Shown: in pieces, positions 13,807-27,614 of the stretch | Position numbering within the stretch: position 1 is the stretch's first letter | Layout of the letters: every line of letters starts with the position of its first letter | NCBI RefSeq assembly: GCF_006345805.1 | Contig: NC_043000.1 | Location: 54,188,001 to 54,252,000 of the forward strand | Reading direction: 5' to 3' | DNA from: Octopus sinensis | Lineage: Eukaryota | DNA: 64,000 nucleotides | Position numbers and translations under genes: made by a program | The notes under the pieces: generated by a model | Told to the model about the DNA's origin: nothing | Seen by the model: only the letters and a program-made list of their open reading frames with translations | The model's database searches: none

Positions 13807-14306
13807 TTTATTAATAAGGCTGCAAAGACATCACAGAAACTATTACTCAGAGTTTTACATTCCCATTCGTCAGACAGTTTTGTTTGAGAATGGAACAAAA
13901 ATAAGATTATATTTATATTTATAAATATACAGTTACGTTGATAGATACACATTTTAAATTGGTTTTGTTTCATTGGTCTTTTCAGCAAACGGTCTTTTCA
14001 ATAACTGGTTATATGAAATTAAAAATTACGATTCCAAATGAAGGAAAATTTAAGTCAAAAATTAGCTTAGGTGGAAGAAAAAGTCCTGATTACTGAGGGT
14101 AAATTAATTAATCAAAATTAAAAGTTATGTCCGTTTAAAATAATAACATTTACAAAGAACTGACATCATAAAAAGGCATATACATTTAGTAATACATACA
14201 CATACCAAAACTACTATATATACACTAAACATACAAGAGTTGGTACATGCCTGCATGCGTATACAAAACAAATACAGGTAAAACACACACACACACACAC
14301 ACACAC

Positions 14307-14367
<61 letters not shown>

Positions 14368-14639
14368 ACTAATGCATACATAGGTATCCGCGTACATATA
14401 GATCCTTTAAAATGTTTTAGCCCGAAGGCCGCGGCCATGCTGGGGCACCATATATATATACACACACATAAAACTTCTCCGTGTGTATTTTTAAATATTC
14501 AACTTATTTGTTACAAGCTAGAGGAAGAAAACGAAAAGAAAATCAGACAATAATAAGTGATGGGAGAAGGAAAAAGAAGTGGTGGAAGTAAAAAAAAAGA
14601 AAGAAAAAGAGAAAATTATAATGAGAAGAAGAAAATTAG

Positions 14640-14678
<39 letters not shown>

Positions 14679-15289
14679 ACTGATTTGGAAGTTAGCGTTC
14701 CCAAAAAGTATCTAACGACTGTGATACTTCAGTAAGCTTGCAAACACACACACATAACAATAGATACATATCTACATAAATGCATACATGCAATAGTAAC
14801 ACACATCAAGACGGACATGCAAATATACAAATAAACACAAACGTTGATATATACATATATATACATACATATATTCACATCAAGATACATATATACACCA
14901 TAACGTATATACGTATACAGACATATTTAAAATCTCTCTGGTGTATAGAATATTAAAATAAGAAAATTGTGCAATAAATTGATATAATTAAATGTAATAT
15001 AAATACATAAATTTTAAAAATATATAAATTTGAAATAATTAAAAATTTTTATATGAAAATGAATAAAAATTTAACCTCGGCAAAATTCAAAGTAAAATTT
15101 GCAAAACAGATGAAGGCTTTCTCAAAAGTCAAATGTAAAATATGAAGCCGAAATACGTACCAATATAGTAATACTAAGAGATCTATATATATCTGGTGTA
15201 AAAGCCAAATTCAAATGCGAAAGTCAAAAAATCATTCGAAAGTCAAATTTTTTTTTACTCATACAGTATATTTTCAGTTGACCTTGTGA

Positions 15290-15770
15290 ACCTCGGAGAT
15301 TGCCTGCATGAATTCAAAAATTCTCGTCTTTGCTTCAATGCATATTTATCGTGGAACAGGTCGAAGAGTTTTTTTTTTTTTTTCTGAGAGGCAAAGACTG
15401 CATTTCATTGGTCTTCTATATACTCCATGTTTATATGGTCCTCCTTTCTCCAAAATTTCCAGCTAATATTTAAAGGAAGTGTGTCATTTTTCTTCAATTG
15501 CCAGACATGTTTTGCAAGACTTGTTGCTGTCTTATTTTCGTGGTATCGAAAATAATTTTGGTGGGAAAAGAACCTAGTCTTGAACGAAGATCCTGTGTAT
15601 GTTTTATATTCTTGTGAGCCATCTATTTGTACTTTAGTTCTATAAGCTATTCCTTTTTCAAGGCATTTTCTTTCTAACGGACAGCAACTCTTACCCTTGA
15701 AATTGCAATTCTTCTGGTTAAACTCGGCACTGTGGTTGCTTCTAATGATTTTTGTGTGTGCTGAATAGCT
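15290..15770 (-). pseudogene. Penelope-like element GIY-YIG endonuclease fragment (not in the ORF track)
   Basis: Manual translation: NCNFKGKSCCPLERKCLEKGIAYRTKV...YKTYTGSSFKTRFFSH...ATSLAKHVWQLKK...ISWK / ILEKGGPYK...KCSLCLSEK...LKQRREFLNSCRQ. Matches the PLE pattern CxC..CPL..CL..VY..Y.G..FK.R..H..L.KH.W.LK..W.IL..C.LCL.EK..LN.R.E. Confidence 0.8.
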
Positions 15771-15879
15771 AACCTTATATAGCTAAACTTATATATAACA
15801 GGTCCTCCTCAGAAATACCTGACGAAGACCTGTTCAATAAAAGACATACCGAAAAGTTTGAGACCCATTTTTTACTCAG

Positions 15880-16056
15880 ACGCTAGACGCAGACATGACA
15901 GTGTGGCTAAGCATTTAACTTCGAAACCACTTTGTTTCCGTTTCAATTCAACCATGGAGTACCTTGTGCGAATTTCTTTTCTGTAGTCCCCAAACCGACC
16001 AATGCCTTGTGAGTGAATTTGATAGAAGGAAAATGTATAGAAGTCCATTGCACACG

Positions 16057-16060
<4 letters not shown>
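15880..16060 (-). mobile_element. SINE family A 5' fragment
   Basis: CCTTGTGAGTGAATTTG and AACCATGGAGTACC match family A head/body segments; composite and diverged. Confidence 0.5.
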
Positions 16061-16089
<29 letters not shown>

Positions 16090-16464
16090 TTATATATATA
16101 TACAGTATACATGCATGTGCTTTTGTATGTGCACACGCGCCTGCTTAATTGTTCTCCTAATATTTGACAACAATTATTTTACTTAAATCTTCGTAACTTA
16201 GTGATCCTCCTAAGAGGACACTGGCATATATGACAAACTTACAATAAATCCTGGGGGTGATTTTTTGTTTTTAGTAAACCCTTCAACGTGGTGCCCAGTA
16301 TTGCCACAATCTCACGACTAAAACAAGTAGAAGATTTATTTCGGAATGAGCAGCTCCAATGCAACATTTTAAATTTTAACTTGTTTTCAGAAATTTCTAA
16401 ATTTTAAACACATTTTAAATCGCTTTAAGCGAGTAATTACAGGTAATGGATATAAAAAAAATAT

Positions 16465-16810
16465 TGTTCCGGGTTCACATGCACTACGTAGCCCATTGGG
16501 TAAGTGTTTTCTATTATTGTCTCGATCCAATCAAAGCCTTATGAGTGGAATTGGTAGACGGAAACTGAAAGGAGCCCGTCGTAGATATGTGTGTGTTTGT
16601 CGCCCCCACCCCGCCATCACTTAACAATGGATGCTGGTGTGTTTATATCTCCGTAACTTAGCGGTTCGGCAAACGTTACTGATAGAATAAGTACTATGCT
16701 TACAGAGAATAAGTTCTGGTGGCAATCTCTTCGACGAAAACACTTTAAAGCAGTGTTCTACCATGGCTGCAGCCAAATGAGTAGAACAGGTAAAACAATA
16801 AAGGAATAAA
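16465..16810 (+). mobile_element. SINE family A, diverged
   Basis: GTTCCGGGTTCAC...GAGTGGAATTGGTAGACGGAAACTGAAAGGAGCCCGTCG...CATGGCTGCAGCCAAATGA. Confidence 0.85.
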
Positions 16811-17039
16811 ATAACAACGCTTTCTAAAATTTGAAATTAGCCCAAAATAAACGCTTTCTATAAAATTAAATCAATAAAAATACCTTCGATTATAATGATT
16901 TTCCTTTGAAAGTTGCACCTTTCTCAGAAGTTTGCGTGTTCACCTCTTCTGCACTAAGGTAAACTAAAACAGAATTAATTCAAATAAGCGAAAGCAAGGC
17001 TAAACACCGTTATGTGACGAAATAGCAAATACTACTTCA

Positions 17040-17240
17040 TGGTTTCAAATTTTGGTACAAGGTTGTCAATTTTAAGGGAAGTTGAAGTCGATTACATCGA
17101 TGTCAGTGCTCAGCTGGTACTTATTTTATCGACCCCAAAATAATGGCAGGAAAGGTCGACCTCGGTGAACTTTAAGCTTAGAACGTAGAAAGCCAGAGGG
17201 TATGTTGCTAATCATTTTGTTCAGCAAGCCACCATTTTCA
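17040..17240 (-). mobile_element. SINE family B, old copy
   Basis: GTCGATTACATCGA...GGTACTTATTTTATCGACCCC...GGTCGACCTCGGTGAACTTTAAGCTTAGAACG. Confidence 0.75.
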
Positions 17241-17749
17241 GTGAAAAAATTAATATGGGGGCTTGAAAATCCATCCACTTACAAACGCCTTTAGTCTCCA
17301 CCTATATTAGGTCATACTTTATCACGACTACCTCTTCACACACCCTGCTTCTTGGAACTAACGCATTTCAATCTAACAAATTAACGTTTGTCCAGTTCTG
17401 CATTATATCTTTATAGCATATATTCTTCAGCTTTTAAATATCAGAGAGCCAGAAAGGGGTGAAAATCACCATCTTAAATATGGTCCGCCTAATCCAGTAA
17501 AAACGAAAAAAAAATTCTTATATCAAAATTCAACAAGTGGTTTGACTCACAGTTGCGCTATATCAAATAGACTAGGAACGTTTGTCACAAGGGTTGAAGA
17601 AAATTATCGATAACTTAATACTCGACGATACTACAACTGCGAGAATACCATCATCCTAAACTTTAAGCATACCACCATGCTTCGTACAATTTACAGGTAA
17701 TACTGTCAACCAAAATACAAACCATCTATTAGATTTCTTGCCAAACTTG

Positions 17750-18220
17750 GAGTTTAGTCTTTCGTTGTAATTCTCAAACATGAAGTTTCCATTTGTAGAC
17801 TTCCAAAGAGAAAGTCTTCACATTAAATACCCTCATTATATCCATCTTCACATTGCGCATAATTAGAAATTCTCCCTACAACTGTTCCTTTTCACCAGTT
17901 GCACCACTACACATATATATGTGTCAAGTGCTGAAAACTCCATTTAAGCCAATAAAAGTATTGACCCCAACAATATCTCATACGAGCTTCAAACAATGCG
18001 TCAGTAAAATTGATCTCATCTCTAAAATGTTCAATCAATTTCACTCCTTCTATAGAGATATATCTTCATCTTTGTAAACGTGCTATATTGTGCCCCTTTC
18101 TGTATAACAGCAAACTCACTGATCCTTTCAATTGTAGCTTTATCTTACTTCCAAAACCTTTAAGATGGTCGAAACAGCCATTAGCAACAAACGTCACTAA
18201 CACCTTGAATATACGTTTTT
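17750..18220 (-). pseudogene. Ancient CR1/L2-like LINE 3' remnant (tentative)
   Basis: Broken frames give ERG.Q...FTKM (resembles 'ERVQRRFTKM') and LIEHFR (resembles 'DLIETFK'). Many stops and indels. Confidence 0.3.
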
Positions 18221-19209
18221 AATGAATACTAGCACAAACATATATAAATATATATTTGAAACTAACCCTCGTTATTTTATCAGATTATGCCAAATGCATG
18301 AGAGGAAAGAATATTGAGTAATACAACAATAATTGAAATATATAATTTAAAAGACATCAAAAGTAGAAGGATTCAGAAAAGATGAGTTTCCAAAGATAGT
18401 GAAATACTTTTCTGAAAATGCAGTTAATACATTTATTTTGTGTAGAAGCACCAACACAAGTAAAGGTGAGTGATTAAGAAACTCCCAAGTTCAAATGCGT
18501 TGCGTGGTATTTTGGAAGTGCCTTTATCACCAGGTCTCGGGTTGACAAAAGCCTTGTGAGTGAATATGGATATACGAAATATATAGAATACTGTTAGTTG
18601 GTATAAAATTGAATATATGGAATGTATGGAATCCAGTTAGTTGGGCTGAGTTTCTATTACTGTTAACCATCCTTTCAAATTCTGTGTCGCATTAATACCA
18701 GCATAAAGTTACAATCAGTTGCAGTCTGACAGTGTCGGCCAGTGCATATGTGGTTCAATCAAGCTACCAATTAAAATAATCATCGTGGAAACCGACTAAA
18801 ATCCATTTACTAACAAACTCACATAAAAAAGAAGAGGAATTGAAAAATGGAGAAGGAACGTATGTAAGATATATAAGTCAGTCAAACATACAAATTTAAT
18901 GACACCTACATCCAATTAAATGAATATAGCTGATGCTTGTATTTGTTAACATTCACGCGGCTTGATGAAGAAAATATTTTTCTACCGAATTAAATTAAAT
19001 TATGGAACTGAAATTGATGCTAATAGTTAAAGGCGTAGGATTTTTTCAGTTTAGGTGTTTGTTATTATTAGATCAGTTAAGATTTAAACTTTTTACAGGC
19101 TAACATTTGCATCATTGGAGTTAATTAAGTTTTGTTTATGTTGTAACACTTAATTATAACAGTTAAATTAGAGCGAATTATGAGTTACATTGTGTGTGTA
19201 TGAGTATAT

Positions 19210-19254
<45 letters not shown>

Positions 19255-19894
19255 CATACATATATATATATATATTTACATACACACATATATGTGTGTG
19301 TGTTTATATAAGTATGTATGTATATGGATTTTGGTAATAAAATGTCATTCTCATTTGTGTTGAATGTACTCTCACCTTTTCCTAAGAACGAAACTGAAAG
19401 AAACAAAATACTCTAATCCAATATATAATTTGACTTTCATGTAGGCTTATGACAGATTTCTGAAAATAACATCAGGTTGTTCCGTAGCTGACGTTAGGTA
19501 ACGCAGGGTAAATAGAATTATTTTCTGTCCCATTTAGTTAACATTTACCTGAGGAGTGTTGTCACTCAGCTATCGCATAACGAAAAGCAAATTGTATACA
19601 TTGCAAGTATTTATTTTTCCGTTGACCACAGGAAATATAATTTTGTATTCTATATATAAAATCGAAACGACTGAATTCCGACTAATTTCTATGTTATATG
19701 TTCAAGAAGCAGTATTACATTAAAATAGCAATCATTTTGTCATACCAAAACTATCATGAAAAGCAAATATATTAGTGTTGCGTTTAAGAATTTAATGCAT
19801 GTTAGAGGTTGATAAAAATCAATCTAGCAGTGACTGGCGAGATGGGCAGATGCATTCCGCATGCTAAGATGAAATCTGCTGCCACCAATATAAG

Positions 19895-20198
19895 GGTGGA
19901 TTTGGTAAACGAAAACTGAAAGAAGCTCGTCGTGTATATGTGTGTGTATATATATGTATATATATGAGTGTTTGTGTGTGTCTGTGTCTGTGTCTGTGTT
20001 TATCCCCATCACTGCTTCACAAACGATGTTAGTGTGTTCACGTCCCCGTAACACAACGATTCGGTCAAAGAGACCGATAGAATAAGTATAGGCTTAACAA
20101 ATAAGACCTGGAGTCGATTATTCGAATAAAAACCCTTCAAGGCAGTGCTCCAGCATGGCTGCAGTCAAGTTACTGAAACAAGTAAAAGAATAAAAGAA
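19895..20198 (+). mobile_element. SINE family A body and tail (head missing or replaced)
   Basis: GTGGATTTGGTAAACGAAAACTGAAAGAAGCTCGTCG...GTGCTCCAGCATGGCTGCAGTC...GTAAAAGAATAAAAGAAT. Confidence 0.85.
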
Positions 20199-22519
20199 TG
20201 TATGCAACATTATTTGTATTAAGTATGATATACACATTGCTATTTTATTTTCTATCATGTTTCAACGCCTTAGTTTAGATTCTTTCTAATATTTTTCCCA
20301 TCTCTAGTTTCTGCTTTAGTTATTTTATGAAATAAAAAAAAGAAGAGTAATTTTTTTATTTAGGCAAAAAGTGTCATATTTGCGGGAAAAGAATAAACTT
20401 TTATATCGATTCCATTACCGGAAATTATTTTACTCATTCCGAAGAAATTAAATACAAAATTCCATTCATCGATTTTAAAAATCAGATGGTGAGTCCGTTA
20501 CTGCATTGTATTCGATTCCGTATCATTTCTATCAATTCACTACCCAAGACAAAAAGAAGAATATTAGTAACGTCTCTCATTTCTTAGTGATATTGGGTAT
20601 TTTGTAAAGAGGTTCAACATTTTTCTGACGATTGAGAATACTTTATGAATCTTAGATTAAGGATCTGATCAATCATTCATCGCACTGTCAAAATCGTCCG
20701 TTTGAATATGGAATGTTAGATTTGTGGTCGTTCGTATTAAGCCAAACTGCTCTGAAGTTATTTCTAGACGCTCTGTTGTTCTGCTGTCATTATAATATAT
20801 GGAGCTGCAGCAATCTTCTTTTATAATTCACAAACTGAGAATCAGAAATAAAATTTAAACATAAATTTTTCAGTCGATTATCTTTCTATTTTCTGTTACT
20901 ATTCAAAGCAAGATCGAACATTATAGCTATAAAATGTATGATACAACATTCTATATTTCATGCATGCCCACTCACTCTCTTACACACCACACACACATAC
21001 ATACACTCGTACACACACATACACACACAGTTACGCATAGTGCATCCGTAGTGTATAGGTATCGTAATACTAAGCACGATATATAAGATCTCATGATAAC
21101 CACGATTATTTGAAAGATAACCAGTATAGTTATGAATTAACACTTCTACACCAACATATGCAATCACATACTGCTTTGGACGCGATATAGTTTCGAATGC
21201 GCTATAGTAGATAAATCACGAGAAACAGAAAATGTCGAGGGACATAGCCAAAGGAATATGGCTGTTACGTAGTATACCGCAGACGTTTATTTTGCTGCAT
21301 TGTTGAAGCAAGTTTTATGCATGATTGGCATATTAATACATGGTATGTACAAGTTGGAGTTAAACTAAAAAAGTATTTACAAAGGTTTATTATAATATTA
21401 GTTTAGGAAACAGACATTAGCAAAGTGACCCTATTGTATACAGTATAATACATACACTATAGAAATTGAGATACATATTTACTCAATATCATATAATTTA
21501 TTTAAACCCAGTAGATATCCATAAAGGCATTATATTGTTGAAGCCAATTAAAAGGCAATGATAATATATGGTGCAAGCTTAATTACTTTGGTAGAGTTCG
21601 TTCTGTATGAACATATTGTGCGTACTCGAAAATATGTTGCATATAATGTCGTGATTATTTTATCACTTGGGGAGAAAATATGAACCAACTATGGCAAGAT
21701 TTTCACTACAACACATAAGTATACTAAGACGAGAATGAATAGTTTAAGGTATTTAAACTGGCACCTTACCATGTGTGACATCAAGCAGCTAGGAAACACA
21801 CATGTGTGTGTTTTCTATGAATGAACTCTTAACAAAATTGGGCATTTCAATTCCGACTATTAAGTTAAGTTAAGTTAAGTTAATTTTTTGGCTCAAAAAG
21901 CAAAAAGCAAGGCCATAGTTCAGTTAAATTCCTAGCGCAGTAAAAGCATGAATCTCCAGTTTCTATTTTTCTTTATTATGTAGTTTTCAATAGTGTTCCT
22001 TACGTATCGAATAAACATATTATTTCCTGAGAGTTAACGAAATTATTCTTGCATTTCCATAATTATTTTTTCTACAAACACATAAATCTAATTAATAGAA
22101 GATAGGAAAACGAATTTATGTTAAGCCAATTCACTAAAACATTCACCGTAAACAAGTTAAAGATCTTCCAGTGGCTGTAGAAATATGGTCAGTAATTAAC
22201 TGGTATAATGGAATTATTAGATAATTACTACCCAATTTCTAAACAAGTTTTTTTCTGTTACCGAGATTACATGAGTATTGTAATACCCATGCCATACAGA
22301 AGGGTTTTAAAAAAGTAAAGTAAAATAGTTTCAAATAAAACTGGAAATGGCATCATTGCTTCATTTGCATAGAGCCATCGTTATTGTGCAAAACACATGC
22401 TACTCCTTATTTATTTATTTTCATCTTGATATCCATTTGATTGAATCCATGGCTTTAGCAATTGGTAAAGTGATGAAATAAAAAAAATCATAAAATAAAA
22501 TTTAGAAGCATCATAGTTG

Positions 22520-22860
22520 GAAACAAGCTCTTCAATTCAATTATTTGAAACATTGTCAAGGAACGAAATGCATCACTCTATTATATCTGATGCTATTATC
22601 TAGAAGGGCCACGTTAAAGTGGCAAACACTTTATTCAATGGTGAATGCATTTCTAATGACAGATGTAATCCTTGTCAAGATCACCGAACATTTAACCATG
22701 AAATAATTTGTATTATTGAGAAAAGCACATTGCTCCTCGTGAATTGTTTCACAAACCGGTATTATTTTTTCCGTCTTGATAGCATGATATCTCCTTGCAT
22801 AAAATCGTATCTAGCATAAGAGAACAATCGTTTGTTCAACTGACTTGACAACTTGTATCC
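22520..22860 (-). pseudogene. Ancient non-LTR RT remnant (tentative)
   Basis: Manual translation ...IPVCETIHEEQCAF... and ...ALLDNSIRYNRVMH..., resembling RT blocks 'I.EEQ.GF' and 'FLD.SKAYDRV.H' at plausible spacing. Confidence 0.35.
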
Positions 22861-23574
22861 ACTTGCCGTCAATATAACGTGTACGTGCAGATATACGTAA
22901 CTCATTATCTCCCTAGGTGTAAATAAATAATATGAAGGAAGTATACTGCATACAGAATGCTAATAGTGGATTATTAACGAGTGTTTACTTAAGAGAAAGG
23001 CTATTGTCAATACCTCTCAAGAGCTTTCGAAGAAGCAGGAGATTTTTCATTAATGTACGTATACATGAAATTTCAAATAAATGACGTTTCACAGATCCCT
23101 TTAGTGTCTAACTCGAAGCTGCAAAAGTATTAAAACAAAAGGTTATTCTTATACAGACACAGCCAGTATGCATTTCACTCCTAGGGTAAAGGAAAGTAGC
23201 ATACAGTACTATATTCTCATTCCCTTTAATATGTAAGTATATTGTAAGAAAGCTTAGAGACGGGAACTCAGATACAAGGCGTATAAGTTAATCTACGAAT
23301 TATTTTATTACATTCGGAAGGTTTATACACCTATACACTAAGAGTAATAATGTTTTAATATGTTTCGTCAAAAAGTTGAATTGATAAAAAGATATTTATC
23401 TAAATATTTAAGTTATATTTTCAGGAATAATTTTTTTAAAATTTTTAGTGAGCATTACCTAAATATATAAATATATAAGAAACACATATATTCGTACCCT
23501 GTTCGTTGGTTACGTTGAGGCCCAAATATTCTCAAGTTTCACTAGTCCCACTCCCGAACTAAATGGCCGTTATA

Positions 23575-24545
23575 TTGGCGTCGTGGAAGCAATGCATCCC
23601 AGATAGCTCAAAGCATCAATGAGGTGTTTGGTGAAGATGTGGCGAATGAGCGCACTGTACGTCAATGGTTTGAGAAGTTCCAGTCTGGTGATTTTGCTCT
23701 TGAAAATCAACCCCGTGGTAGACCTGACACCAAGGTGGATAATGATGAACTGGAAACTGTAGTTGAAGCTCAAACTACGTGTGAGGTAGCAGGAAGGTTT
23801 GATGTTTCGATTCCAGCTGTATTCGACCATCTGAAACAGATCGACAAGATAAAGAAGCTGAACAGTTGGGTACCACCCGAACTGAACGAGCATCAAATGA
23901 CGTGTCGTCTTGAAACTTGCTGTTCTTTGCTATCACGGCATAAAAGCGAACAATGTTTGCATCGTATTGTTACGTGTGATGAAAAATAGATTCTTTTCAA
24001 TAATAGCAAGCGTTCTGCACGGTGACTGGATAGAGACGAAGTGCCAAAAGACAATCCTAAAAGGAATTTTCACCAAAATATGTTAACGGTGTCTGTTTTG
24101 TGGTCCAGCGCTGGTGTTATCCAGTACAGCTTCATGAGACCTGATAAGTCAATTACAGTGGATGTATACATCAGCCAGCTAGATGAAATGATGAGTGAAA
24201 TTGCAATTCTGCAGCCGAGATTGGTCAAAAGATACAGGCCAATTCTCTTGCGAGACAATGCTTGACCACATATTGCACAAAGAAAGCTACTTAAGTCACA
24301 AGAACTGAATGGGTAGTATTCTGTCATCCATCATATTCACCAGACCTTGCATCAACTGACTATCACGTTTTCCAGGCATGAGACAACTTTTTGCAAGGAA
24401 AAATCTTCAAATCTGAAGAAGATGCGAAAACAGTCTTTCTTTATTTCATCACCTCTTGCCCTCCAGAATTTCTCGCTGTCGGCATAAATAAGCTACCGAT
24501 AAAATGGAAAATTGTGTTGATAATTTAGATGCATAATTTGAGTAA
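23575..24545 (+). pseudogene. Mariner (DD34D, Hsmar1/Mos1-like) transposase pseudogene
   Basis: NEVFGEDVANERTVRQWFEKFQSGDF..ENQPRGRP, WVPPEL, RIVTCDEK, LLRDNA*PH, YSPDLASTDYH, GINKLP. Stops and frameshifts throughout. Confidence 0.95.
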
Positions 24546-24626
24546 CTGCATTGCTTTTAGTTTACAGAAAGTGAAATAAACTTTCAGTTCAAAATCGAAT
24601 ATTTCATCCTTAAAGACTTGATGTGT

Positions 24627-24690
<64 letters not shown>

Positions 24691-25185
24691 TGTGTGTGCG
24701 TGCGTGTGTGTGTGTGTGTATACACATAATGTTTAGAGAATAAGTATATTTAAAATAATGCAGAAACTCTGAATATAGTAAACTGTAACATTTATTAAAA
24801 AAAAACAATAGCGTGGGAAGCAGTATTAGTACCCAAAGCTAATATTCATTCCCACTTAGAAGTAGATCGTTTGTTATAACACAAAGTACTAATTTAAAAT
24901 AAATTTATTCGATAGAAACTGCAAAATTGACCAAGAATTCTGTTCACTATTCGTTGTGATTCCGGCAATGCTGAATTGCCAAAAGAAAGTTGTCTATGAT
25001 AGATATTGCTTTTTAACCGCAACAGAAGCAGTCACAAGAAGAATTAAAAGATGAACTTGGATAACTGGTTATATAACAGAAGTACTTGCTATGTTTTCAA
25101 GGAGTGCGGATTGAATGTTTGTGCGTTATATTATATAATATAATATAATATAATGTAATATAATATAATATATATATATATATAT

Positions 25186-25406
25186 AAATTAGAAAAAACA
25201 CCTTTTATCAATTCAAAATGAACAATTAAATTACACCATCTAGAAAACTACATATAATAGAAATATTAAAATTAAAATAACAATAAAATACCGATGATTA
25301 AGTAAATTGTTATTTTGATTTTAATATTTCTATTATATGTAATTTTCTAGGTGGTATAATTTAATTGTTCATTTTGAATTGATAAAAGGTGTTTTTTTTC
25401 TAATTT
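25186..25406. repeat. AT-rich palindrome (fold-back) flanked by (TA)n
   Basis: Arms ~25186-25284 and ~25306-25406 (AATTAGAAAAAACACCTTTTATCAATTCAAAATGAACAATT... and its reverse complement), 21-nt loop, few mismatches. Confidence 0.9.
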
Positions 25407-25512
25407 TGTATATATATTATATTGTGTGAAATCTGATTTAGTATTTCTAAATTGAATTTTTTCCCTGTAAGTTAGGATTAATATTCCCTTAAATAATAAC
25501 AATAATTATTAT

Positions 25513-25552
<40 letters not shown>

Positions 25553-25619
25553 TATATACACCATTCTATATTTCTTGCGTACCCACCCAATCACAAACAC
25601 ACACACACAATGGTGGGTG

Positions 25620-25885
25620 GGGTATCGTTTCCCATTCATACTGCTCCAGGATCTGAAATGTCTTCGCTGCATGTTGCTGAGTATTATCCTGATGAAAGAA
25701 CACCTTTCGTCTTGAAACCAAAGATGATCGTTTTTCCTCTCGCCTTGATTAAAGCCGATCAAGCTGCTCACAGTGGATCTCCTTTGTTATGGTTTCGTTT
25801 GGGTTTACAAGTTCAAAGTGGACTAAACCTTTCATATCCCACCAAACAGATAACAACACATTATGTATGTGAAGACCATCTTTAG
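25620..25885 (-). pseudogene. Mariner transposase internal fragment
   Basis: Manual translation KDGLHIHNVLLSVWWDMKGLVHFELVNPNETITKEIHCEQLDRL*...RKVFFHQDNTQQHAAK...YEWETIP. Confidence 0.9.
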
Positions 25886-26364
25886 CCTAGGGAACCAGTG
25901 TTTCTCCATTCATCCTTTCATCCTTTAATTGGAGTAGTTTCCAAAAGATCTCTAACATTGTTTCTTCATACTTTACTTTCAATTTACTGGTGTAAATTAG
26001 CGTAGATATAGAAAGTTATATAGGTATATTAAATACATGTTTTTCAACAAATTCAATAATATTTTACGTAAATGGAGGGGATAAGATGTTAATATGGATG
26101 ATATTTTTTATATTATTCATGTAATTATACAATCATGTTTAACAGAAAGACAATAAATTCTATTTATGAATCAAAATGTTCTCGTCAGTAGCCGAAAGTA
26201 AGAAAAAAACTAAAAAGACGTTAGTATTACATAGGTTTAGTGTTCTTACTCATTTTTGAAACGCTTGTATAATTACATGACTAAAAAAATTATTATCCAT
26301 ATTAGCATCTAATCGCATCCATTTACGTAAAATATCGAATTTGTTGAACTTCGTTTAGTACGTT

Positions 26365-26765
26365 GAGTGGCTGTGTAGTAAGTAGCTTGTTTACCAACCA
26401 CATAGTACCGGGTTCAGTCCCACTGTGTGGCACCTTGGGCAAGTGTTTTCTACTATAGCCTCGGGCCGACCAAAGCCTTGTGAGTGGATTTGGTAGACGG
26501 AAACTGAAAGAAGCCCGTCGTATATATGTATATATATGCATGTGTGTGGGTGCGTGTATGTTTGTGTTTGTCCCCTTAGCATTGCTTGACAACCGATGCT
26601 GGTGTGTTTATGTCCCCATCACTTAGCGGTTCGGCAAAAGATACCGATAGAATAAGTAGTGGGCTTACAAAGAATAAGTCCCGGGGTCGAGTTGCTCGAT
26701 TAAAGGCGGTGCTCCAGCATGGCCGCAGTCAAATGACTGAAACAAGTAAAAGAGTAAAAGAGTAA
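26365..26765 (+). mobile_element. SINE family A, full length
   Basis: Near-identical to 3149-3570; tail GTAAAAGAGTAAAAGAGTAA. Confidence 0.9.
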
Positions 26766-26774
26766 TACATTCAA

Positions 26775-26975
26775 AATGTGACCGCGTGTGTACCGTTGGC
26801 GATTTTTTTTCATCCGTCTTCCCTTCTCTGGATCTTTCCTTTTCCTATATTTCTAACGAAGAGCTCCGCTCGAAACGCTAGACCCTCCTTCTTCCCTTCC
26901 TTCCTGAGCGTCCAATAATACTGTATTTGTTCCACGTCCTCGCGCTGTTGTATTTTCTCTTTGTGTTTTCATGTT
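26775..26975 (+). mobile_element. Penelope pseudo-LTR-like segment with a degenerate hammerhead-like core
   Basis: CTAACGA-A-GAGC-TCC-GCTC-GAAAC-GCTA at 26853-26880, then ...TTCCTGAGCG...TAATAC..., paralleling 27785-27870. Ends in (TA)n. Confidence 0.5.
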
Positions 26976-27308
26976 TGGATTAACTATATATATATATATG
27001 TATATGTGTGTGTGTGTGTGTTTGGTGTGTGTGTGTGTGTGTATGTGTGTATGTGTGTGTGTGTGTGTGTGTGTGCGTGTGTGTGTGTAGAGTGTTAGGT
27101 GTGATATACAGAACTGAATATTGAGAAAAATATTTCTTCATTATTATAAGCAGCTTGTTCATTTATATAAAACAGATGTTTTTTTTTTTTTTGGGGGGGG
27201 GGGGTTGGAGTGTTTAGAAGAAAACATTGCTTTTGTTTTTTGGGGGTGAGGTTCCAAGACAATGGAGATGGATAGATAGAAATATAGGTAGGTTGACAGG
27301 CTTATAGC

Positions 27309-27368
<60 letters not shown>

Positions 27369-27614
27369 CAGATGGGTTGAGTGAAAGAGAGAGAGAAGGG
27401 GTATCCACCTTCCTATTCACCATTCATTCATTTAATTATTTTTTTCCTTTCCTGTATTGGAATGTGTTTAAGGATGGTGACCACTAAAAGAAAAGAAAAA
27501 AACAGGTGTGGTTTGGTCATCACTGAAAGACTTTTTGCTTTCTTTCTAACTCTCTTCTACACTTTATCAAAGAATTCCCTCCAAAAATGAATGTTTGGAA
27601 GGGCTATATTCTAA

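Noticed and set aside
15819-15860. CTGACGA...GAAA spacing near the Penelope fragment
   Set aside because: No stem II or stem III can be formed, so not counted as a hammerhead.
19549-19569. Possible 21-nt minus-strand microexon (LSDNTPQ; AG...CAG|GTAAAT)
   Set aside because: Plausible splice signals but expected by chance in 64 kb; no partner exons found.
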